A DNA stretch of 64,000 nt from an uncultured Acidobacteriota bacterium (GTDB lineage Bacteria; Acidobacteriota; Vicinamibacteria; Vicinamibacterales; 2-12-FULL-66-21). The stretch covers positions 205,898-269,897 of the forward strand of contig CAVUDT010000003.1 of assembly GCA_963740275.1 (NCBI GenBank), written 5' to 3'. Within the stretch, counting starts at the first letter, position 1. Every line of letters starts with the position of its first letter. Below the pieces are notes generated by a model that was not told where the DNA came from, searched no databases, and was given only the letters and a program-made list of their open reading frames with translations. This document shows, in pieces, positions 54,768 through 61,691 of the stretch. The translations under genes were made by a program, and so were the position numbers.

Positions 54768-55279
54768 GTCACGTGCGATGTGCTACGTGCTACGTGCTGG
54801 GTGCCGATGTGCGACGTGCGACGTGCGGTGCTGTGTGCGATGTGCGGTGCTACGTGCGACGTGCGGTACGTGCGACGTGCGACGTGCGAAGTGCTGCGTG
54901 CGAGCGTGCGGTGCGAAGTGCTGTGTGCGGTGCGAAGTGCTGTGTGCGGTGCGAAGTGCTGTGTGCGGTGCGAGGTGCTGTGTGCGGCGCGAGGTGCTGT
55001 CGGCGGTGCTGTGTGCGGTGCAGGTATTGTGTGCGGTGCGACGCGGCCGTGCCGTGCCACCTGCTGCGCGCGGGCCGCACGTGGCACAGCACACAGCACG
55101 CACGTAGTACCTATCACCGCACGTCGCACGTGCACGCACGTCGCACGTAGCACGCACGTCGCACCGCACGTCGCACGTAGCACGCACGTGGCACGCAGCA
55201 CCGCACGTAGCACCTAGCACCGCACGTAGCACATCGCACGTACGCACGCCGCACGTAGCACCTAGCACCTAGCACGTGT
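54768..55279. repeat. about 510-nt composite repeat: G/T-rich arm of GTGCNNN heptamers (including a 19-mer GTGCGGTGCGARGTGCTGT x5 at 54906-55000) and a C/A-rich arm of NNNGCAC heptamers, mirrored about 55060-55080
   Basis: Read directly. The left arm starts CACGTGCGATGTGCTACGTGCTACGTGC and the right arm ends GCACGTAGCACCTAGCACCTAGCACGTG. The apex is GTGCCAC (55054-55060) / GTGGCAC (55081-87). It fills the spacer between the aminotransferase stop (55280) and the permease start (54729). Confidence 0.92.
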
Positions 55280-56356
55280 CTAGAGTTCATCAACAGCTCT
55301 GGCAACCCGCGTGAGACCCTCGGTGAGCACCTCGGTCGGCCCGCTGAAGCCGAGGCGGAAGTGCGACGGGGCATCGAAGAAGCGGCCGGGGACGATGGCG
55401 GTGTCGTGCTCGGCGAGCAGGCGTTCGGCGAAGCGCGAAGTGTCGGCGACACCCTTGATCCGCGGGAAGACGACCGTGCCTCCCTCGGGCGTGACGTATT
55501 CCAGCTCAGGTCGTCCGGCCAGGAAGGCGTTGACGATCGGCGCTGTTCGTCGCCAGCAGAGCCCGCGCGCGGGCGGTCAGCGTTTCTAGATGTTCGAAGG
55601 CCAGGACGCCGAGGCGTTCGGCGACGATCGATCCGGTGCCATCGATCACATCGCGGGCGCGGCGGAGACGCGCCGCAACGTCGGTCGACGAGAGGACCCA
55701 TCCGCAGCGCAACGCGGCCAGGCCGTACGATTTGGTGAGGCTGCTGGTGACGATGAAGGTGTCGCCGTTGAGCGCCGCGGTCGGCACTTCGCCGCTGATC
55801 GTGTCGAGGTACACCTCGTCCACGAGGACGTGCGCCCCCTGCGCGTCCGCCAGGCGTCCGACCTCGAGAAGAGCGGACTGGCTGGCCAGCGCCCCCGTCG
55901 GGTTGTGCGGGCTGGTGACGACGATCAGCTTCGTGCGCGGCGTCATCGCCGCCGCGATCCGTGCCGGGTCGAGGGCGAAGCGGTCGTCGAAGGTCCGGTC
56001 GTAGCGGACGGTGTTAGCGCCCAGCAACCGCGGCGCCCCCATGAGCGGATCGTATCCGGGCCGTTCGACCAGCACATCGTCTCCGGGGGAGAGCAGGGCC
56101 GCGCACACGAGGAAGTTCGCTCCGGACGCCCCCTGGGCGGTGGTGACCTGTGAGGCAGGCATGCGGTAGCGGCGTCCGATCGCCTCGAGCAGCGGCGCGT
56201 AGCCGTTGTCGTTGCGGCCGGTCAATGCCAGGGCGTGGCCGCGCCGGGCAGGTCCTCGAGCGTGCAGGCGAGCACGTTGCTGATCGCCAGGTCGAAGCGC
56301 GCGGCGGGCCGCGTCTTCGCCCACTCCATGTACGGGGCGTGAAAGCGTAGGGTCAT
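55280..56356 (-). pseudogene. class I/II pyridoxal-phosphate-dependent aminotransferase; two frame breaks (about 56240-56250 and about 55530)
   Basis: MTLRFHAPYMEWAKTRPAARFDLAISNVLACTLEDLPGA is in the tail of track 56222..57241. GHALALTGRNDNGYAPLLEAIG...SLTKSYGLAALRCGW...LATNSA is track 55506..56414. IVNAFLAGRPELEYVTPEGGTVVFPRI...FRLGFSGPTEVLTEGLTRVARAVDEL is in a third frame ending in TAG at 55280-55282. Confidence 0.8.
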
Positions 56357-57668
56357 GAGCGGCGTGAATACCACCAGTAAACCGGCAAGCCGAGCGCGAG
56401 CAGCAGCGCGCCACGGAGCGCGCTCGACGGATCGTCGCGAACGACGCTGAGGACGACGGCGGCCGAGACGAGCACGAAGAGGATCTGGACGACAGGATAT
56501 CCCGGGGCGCGGTAGGCGTCCGCCGGGCGTTCGGCCACCGGGTTCCGGCGGCGGAAGACCAGGACGGTGCCGACGGTGAGGCCGAAGAAGATCCAGTCCG
56601 CGAAAACGACGTAGTTGAGCAGGCGTTCGTAGCTGCCGGTCGCCGCGAGAATGCAGGACCAGGTGGACTGGATGACGATCGCCAGCCATGGCGTCCGGTA
56701 GATCGGATGCAGCCTGGCGAGCCCCGGGAGGAACACGCCGTCGGCCGCCATCGCGTAGTAGACCCGCGTTGGCGCGAGGATCGCGAGATCGAGGAAGCCG
56801 AAGGTCGAGATGGCGATCGCCGCGGTGACGAAGAGGTCTCCCCAGGTGCCGAACAGTCCTGCCGCCGCTTTCGAGGCCGGGGTGGTCGTGGCCGCGAGCC
56901 CTTCGAGACCGAGCGCGCGCAGGTAGACGGCGTTGACCAGCACGTAGATGATGACGACCGCGACCGTCCCGGCCAGCAGGCTGAGTGGCAGGTTGCGGCG
57001 GGGGTTCTCGATCTCCTCGGCGACGTAGTTCGCGTTCTGCCATCCGCCGTAGGCGAAGAGGATGGGGATCAGCGCCGCGCCGAAGCTGACGGCGGTGCCG
57101 AGGCCGGTCGAGGTCGATGCGCGCGACGCCGTCCACCAGCCGGGGGCTGCCCGGCGCCAGCGCGCCGGCGACGATCAACGCCGCGAGCGCCGCGACCTTC
57201 AGCACGACGAGGACGTTGAGGACGCGGCTGCCCGGCTTCACGCCGAAGAAGTTGATGATCGAGAGCAGGACGACGGCGGCGATGGCGACCGGTACGGCGG
57301 CGATGTCCGGGCGTCCGACGAGGCGGAGCGCGTAGTTGGCGAAGGTGATGGCGACTGCCGCGATCGCGCCGCTCTCGATCAGCGCGAGCAGCGCCCAGCC
57401 GTAGAGGAAGCCGGCGACCGGGTGGTAGGCGTCCCGGAGGTAGACGTATTGTCCGCCGGCCCGCGGGAACAGCGCGCCGAGCTCGGCGTAGGAGTAGGCG
57501 CCTGCGAGGGCGATCGCGCCGCCCGCGATCCATGCCGCCGAGGACCAGCGTCGGCGAGTCGAGCCGCTGCGCGACGATGTAGGGGTTGATGAAGATGCCG
57601 GACCCGATGATGCCGCCGATCACCACCATCGTCGCGTCGAACGGCCCGAGCGCGCGCTTGAAGGTCAC
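56353..57668 (-). pseudogene. APC-family amino-acid permease; two frame breaks (about 57535-57542 and about 57142-57146)
   Basis: (M)TFKRALGPFDATMVVIGGIIGSGIFINPYIVAQRLDSPTLVL is track 57069..57668. AAWIAGGAIALAGAYSYAELGALFPRAGGQYVYLRDAY...FFGVKPGSRVLNVLVVLKVAA is in the frame of track 56222..57241. STGLGTAVSFGAALIPILFAYGGWQNANYVAEEIENPRRNLP...WWYSRRS is in the frame of track 56353..56943. Confidence 0.8.
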
Positions 57669-57689
57669 AGAAGTTGTGCGGAATGTATC

Positions 57690-57787
57690 AGAGGGGGCCT
57701 GGCCCCGTCATCCGGGACGCCTACAGCTGAGCTGTCCAGAAGTCGTTGGGATAGAGTGACTTGGCCCAAACGGGGCCTGGCCCCGTC
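57690..57787. repeat. two copies of a GC-rich 17-nt palindrome (A/G)CGGGGCC-T-GGCCCCGT(C), about 77 nt apart
   Basis: GAGGGGGCCTGGCCCCGTC lies at about 57691-57709, and ACGGGGCCTGGCCCCGT lies at about 57770-57786, directly after the pdxH stop. The second is a likely pdxH terminator stem. Confidence 0.6.
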
Positions 57788-58366
57788 TCAGGGATACAGC
57801 CGCTCGATCCGCCAGGCGGAGCCGTCGCGGACGTAGAGGACGCGGTCGTGCAACCGGTCGGGACGGCCATACCAGAACTCGATCCGCCGCGGGACGAGGC
57901 GGAAGCCCCCCCAGAACGGCGGACGCGTGACCACCTGCCCCTCGAACTGGCGTTCGGTCGCGCGGTAGCTGCTCTTCCAGCGTCTCCCGGGACGGCAGCA
58001 CCTGGCTCTGGTCCGACGCCCAGGCCCCCAGCTGGCTGCCGCGCGGACGGCCGTTGAAGTACCCGTCCGACTCCTCGGCCGGCAGCCGCTCGACTTGCCC
58101 TTCATCCGGATCTGCTCGTCGAGCGCGATCCAGTGGATGCACAGCGCCGCCTGCGGATTCGCGTCCAGCTCGCGACCCTTGCGGCTGTTGTAGTTGGTGA
58201 AGAACGCGAAGCCGCGCGGGTCGACGCCGCGCAGCAGCACGATCCGTGCGGACGGCTGGCCATCGACGCTCGCAGTCGCCAGGGTCATCGGCGCGGTATC
58301 GATCTGGTGCGCCTCGGCCCGCTGCTTCGCGTTCAGGAATTCGGTAATCGGATCAGCGCTCGCCAT
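57788..58366 (-). pseudogene. pdxH: pyridoxamine 5'-phosphate oxidase; two frame breaks (about 58097-58100 and about 57960-57966)
   Basis: MASADPITEFLNAKQRAEAH...LLRGVDPRGFAFFTNYNSRKGRELDANPQAALCIHW..IRMKG is in the track 57788..58972 frame. QVERLPAEESDGYFNGRPRGSQLGAWASDQSQVLPSRETLEEQL is in the track 57708..58142 frame. ATERQFEGQVVTRPPFWGGFRLVPRRIEFWYGRPDRLHDRVLY..WRIERLYP returns to the first frame. Confidence 0.85.
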
Positions 58367-58374
58367 ACACCATC

Positions 58375-59907
58375 CTACTTCCGCGGATCCCCGACGGCAT
58401 ACCGCATCGGGATCCCCAGGATCTCCATGCACAGCGGCGCGATATCGACCGAGCGCATCGCCGCCGGCAGCCGCTTCGGCGCCGCCCCGCCGGCCACGAT
58501 CACCGGGCACAGCGAGTCGAGCGCGTGCAGCGCGCCGTGCGAGGCGCCGCCGACGTGCGCCTTGCCGCCCGGCACCTCGAACTCGCAGCCCGGACGGGCC
58601 GTCACCCAGAGCTCGCCGCTCTGCCTCGAGGTCGAGCACGCCGGCGATCCGCTCGAAGGCGTTCGGGTAGTCGCCGAAGTCCAGCGTGCCGCCGTCCTGC
58701 CGGACATCCAGCGCCGCTCCTTCACCGCTCCAGCTCCACCGGCCCCCGACGCCGATCGGCCACGGCGGTCGGCGCCGTGCTCGCGCGCGAACGTCAGGGT
58801 CCGCGGTGCGTCCGCACGGTGTAGTGGGAGGCCGCCGTCGGCGGTGCGGCTGCGCCAGATCACCTGGTCGACGTTCCGATCCTTCAGGATCGTGGACGCG
58901 ATCTGCTCGACGACATCTTCGCGCGAATGCTGCACGATAGATCTGCGCCGCCCGCATGTTCGGGCAGATCATGATTTCGTCGGCCGGCTTCCACGCCCGC
59001 CCGAGCTCCGCCTGCCGGAAATCCGTCGAGCAGCCGATCGAGCCGGATCACCACCCCCGGGTCGTGCAGCACATCGCAGTGGCCATGGTCAGACGTCACG
59101 ATGACCGCGGTGTCGCGGAGGAACCGGTCCAATCCCCCCGCGGCCTCGAACGCCTCGCCGAGCATGCGGTCGACTCGCTCGACGACCGGCAGCGCCGCGA
59201 CCGGCCCGACCTCGTGGCTCACGTAATCGTTGTCGGCGAAATAGGCGACGGTGAAGTCCGGCAGCGCCTGCCTGCCGGCGAGGTCCTTCAGCATCGCGCC
59301 GGTCGACGCGTCGTCCATGCCGAACCGGTGAAGGAGGCCCCCCTTCTCCTCGGGCTTGTGCCCGTGCGGGGTGCGGGTGCCGACGAAATCGCCGAGGCAG
59401 AGCATCGACGGACCTTCGACCGTTTCGGTGAACGGGACGCCGGGTAGCGCCGCCATCAGCCCCGGCAGGTTGACCTTGTGAGGAACCGCTCCCTTGAACA
59501 CCAGGTAGTTGAGGCACGCCGCCGTGCGGCCCGCGCGTTCGACCATCTCGAACAGGGTCGGGGCCTTCAGCCGGTCGCCGTTCAGGCGCAGCAGGAAGTC
59601 GTTGATGAAGTGGCCGAACCCCTCGCGCAGGATGATCCAGAAGTCGTCGCCGTAGTAGGCGACCTCCTGGCTGGCGGCGTCGAACCAGGAGGCTCCCGCG
59701 ATGCCGTGCTCCGCTCGGATACGCGCCGGTGATGATCGTCGAGGTCGCGGCTGGCGTGATCGACGGGAACATCGTCACCGATCCGGTGTGCATCGCCCCG
59801 GCCTCGGCCAGGCGCCGCATGACCGGGAGTCGTCCGGTCTGGATCGCGGGGCAGACGACATGCGGCGTCGCCGCGTCGATGACGACGAGCAGGACCTTTG
59901 ACGGCAC
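58375..59907 (-). pseudogene. alkaline-phosphatase-superfamily enzyme (type I phosphodiesterase/nucleotide pyrophosphatase-like); about 5 frame breaks
   Basis: (M)PSKVLLVVIDAATPHVV...MFPSITPAATSTIITGAYPS is track 59089..59907. EHGIAGASWFD...YFADNDYVSHEVGP...VIVTSDHGHCDV is track 58884..59546. RQAELGRAWKPADEIMICPNMRAAQIY and WSWSGEGAALDVRQDGGTLDFGDYPNAFERIAGVLDLE are in the track 57788..58972 frame. QHSREDVVEQIAS... and ELWVTARPGCEFEVPGGKAHVGGASHGALH...GDPRK are track 58375..58935. Breaks lie near 59712, 59010, 58935, 58760 and 58625. Confidence 0.75.
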
Positions 59908-59977
59908 GCCACAGTTTACACTTCGGGAACTTTCCGGCCCGGGCCGACATTACCTCTTCGAGGGCGCCATTCACACC

Positions 59978-60540
59978 GTGAGCACACCAGCCACCGCCTC
60001 GCCGGACCGCAGCGACGAAGAGCTGATGCTCGACCTCCGCCACGGCGGGACCGGGGGGGCAGCCGGCTCTTCGAGCGCTACCGGGACCCGGTGTGGCGGT
60101 TCTTCAGGCGGCGCGTCGCCGATCCGGGTCGGGCCGAGGAGCTGGCGCAGGACGTCTTCACCGCGCTGCTCGAGGCGGCGCCGCGCTACCAGCCGCAGGC
60201 GGCGTTCCGGAGTTACCTCTTCGGCATCGCCTACAACGTGCTGATGGCCAGCCGGCGCAGAGCGCGAACGGTCGTCGAGGAGCTCGTGATCGATCCGCCA
60301 ATCGAGGGGATTCCCGACCCGGACGACACGATGTGGGTGCGTCACGCGTTGATGCAGCTGGACCCGGGCGATCGCGAGGTCTTGATGCTGCGCGAGTACG
60401 AGCAGCTCAGTTACCAGGAGATCGCCGATCTGCAGCGTGTGCCGGTCAACACCGTGCGCTCGCGATTGTTCCGGGCCCGCATGGCGCTCCGGGCGGCGTT
60501 GCTCCCGGAGCAGGCACGAGCGGAACAGGAACGACCATGA
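59978..60540 (+). pseudogene. ECF (sigma-70 family) RNA polymerase sigma factor; frame break in the G7 run 60053-60059
   Basis: GTG 59978 gives VSTPATASPDRSDEELMLDLRHGGTGG (track 59729..60244 frame). SRLFERYRDPVWRFFRRRVADPGRAEELAQDVF...REYEQLSYQEIADLQRVPVNTVRSRLFRAR follows in track 60091..60540. Confidence 0.8.
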
Positions 60541-61691
60541 CTTTCCCTGATCACAAGGTGGAGCTCGAAGAGCTGATGGCCCTGCTCGATGGTGAGCTGA
60601 CGGGGGCCGAGGCCGAACGGGTGCGAACGCACGTCGCGGGCTGCCGCGACTGTCAACGGATGGAGGCCGAGATGCGTGGCGTAAGCGGACGGCTGGCGGC
60701 ATGGCAGGTCGAAGAGGCGCCCGAGTCGCTGCGCTGCCGCAGCCGCGAGGCGCACGGCTCGCCTCGCTGCCGCGGTGGCTGCCGATCGCCGCGGGACTGG
60801 TGATTACCGCTGGCGCCGGAGCGGTGTGGCTGGCCTCGACGCCTGACCGCGCAAGCTCCGAGCGGCGCACGCTGGTCGCCGAGCGGCGACTGATCAGCGA
60901 CTGCCCTCGCACAGCATCGGCGACTCCGTCGCAGCTCGCGCGGCAGCGAAGCACCGGAGGCGCGCGCCGGATGGCGCTCGCGCAGCGTCCGAGCGCCGGC
61001 GCAGCCGGCTGGGCCGTACTCCTGGTTCGAACTGCCCGGCTGAGCCTCCTGGTCACCGGCGACTTCGACGCCGCGCGCGCGTCGATGGAGCGAATCGTCG
61101 CCGCCGCCGGCGGCTACACCGGCAACATCGCCATCCGCGAGCCGCGAGGCGGGCGCGCGTTCGCTGAGCGCCACGCTCCGCGTGCCGACCGCCGCTCTGG
61201 ATGGGGCCCTGGTCGCACTCAAGCAGCTTGGACAGGTGACCGCCGAGACCCAGGATGGCGAGGACGTCACCCAGCAATCGGTGGATCTCGACGCCCGCCT
61301 CTCGAACGCACGCGCGGCGGAGGTGCGGCTGAAGGAGATCATGGACAAGCGAACCGGCAAGCTGGCCGACGTGCTGGCGGTCGAGCAGGAAATCGCCCGG
61401 GTACGCGGCGACATCGAGCGGATGGAAGCGGATCGCAAGTCACTCGACCGCCGGATCACGTTTGCGTTGATCGCAGTCGAGCTCACCGCGCAGCGCAACG
61501 CCGCAATGGACCTTGGGCCGCTCCCGGTATCGACCCGCCTGCGCAACGCGCTGGTCGACGGCTGGACGGCCGCGGTGAACAGCGCGCTCGAGACCACCAT
61601 CGTGGCGGCTCGGACCGCGCCGGTACTCACCATGTGGGTGCTGGTGCTGGCCTTTCCCGCGTGGATGATCAGACGCCGGCTCACCCGGTGA
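60537..61691 (+). pseudogene. anti-sigma factor (zf-HC2) fused to a TM segment and a DUF4349-like extracytoplasmic domain; at least two frame breaks (about 60730 and about 61150-61157)
   Basis: ATG 60537 overlaps the sigma stop (ATGA) and gives MTFPDHKVELEELMALLDGELTGAEAERVRTHVAGCRDCQRMEAE... Then ALPQPRGARLASLPRWLPIAAGLVITAGAGAVWLA...VRTARLSLLVTGDFDAARASMERIVAAAGGY (track 60701 frame). Then ARSLSATLRVPTAALDGALVALKQLGQV...EDVTQQSVDLDARLSNARAAE...WVLVLAFPAWMIRRRLTR (track 61182..61691). Confidence 0.75.

Noticed and set aside
54560-55268. Several overlapping ORFs of 80-217 aa on both strands, rich in Cys/Val/Arg/Ala/Thr/His
   Set aside because: They are direct translations of the GTGC/GCAC heptamer arrays and are open in all frames because the repeat lacks stop triplets. 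The same applies to 52137..52379 and the N-terminus of 52150..53487 over the CCGCACC array.
54768-55279. Possible CRISPR array, because of the dense regular repeats
   Set aside because: The periods are 7 and 19 nt with no unique spacers of 25-40 nt. The two halves are mutually complementary, and no cas genes are in the window.
52053-55279. The second ADOP permease as a mobile cassette bounded by the two large repeat blocks
   Set aside because: The flanking blocks are not direct or inverted copies of each other. There is no integrase, transposase or target-site duplication, and similar arrays flank ordinary genes elsewhere in the window.
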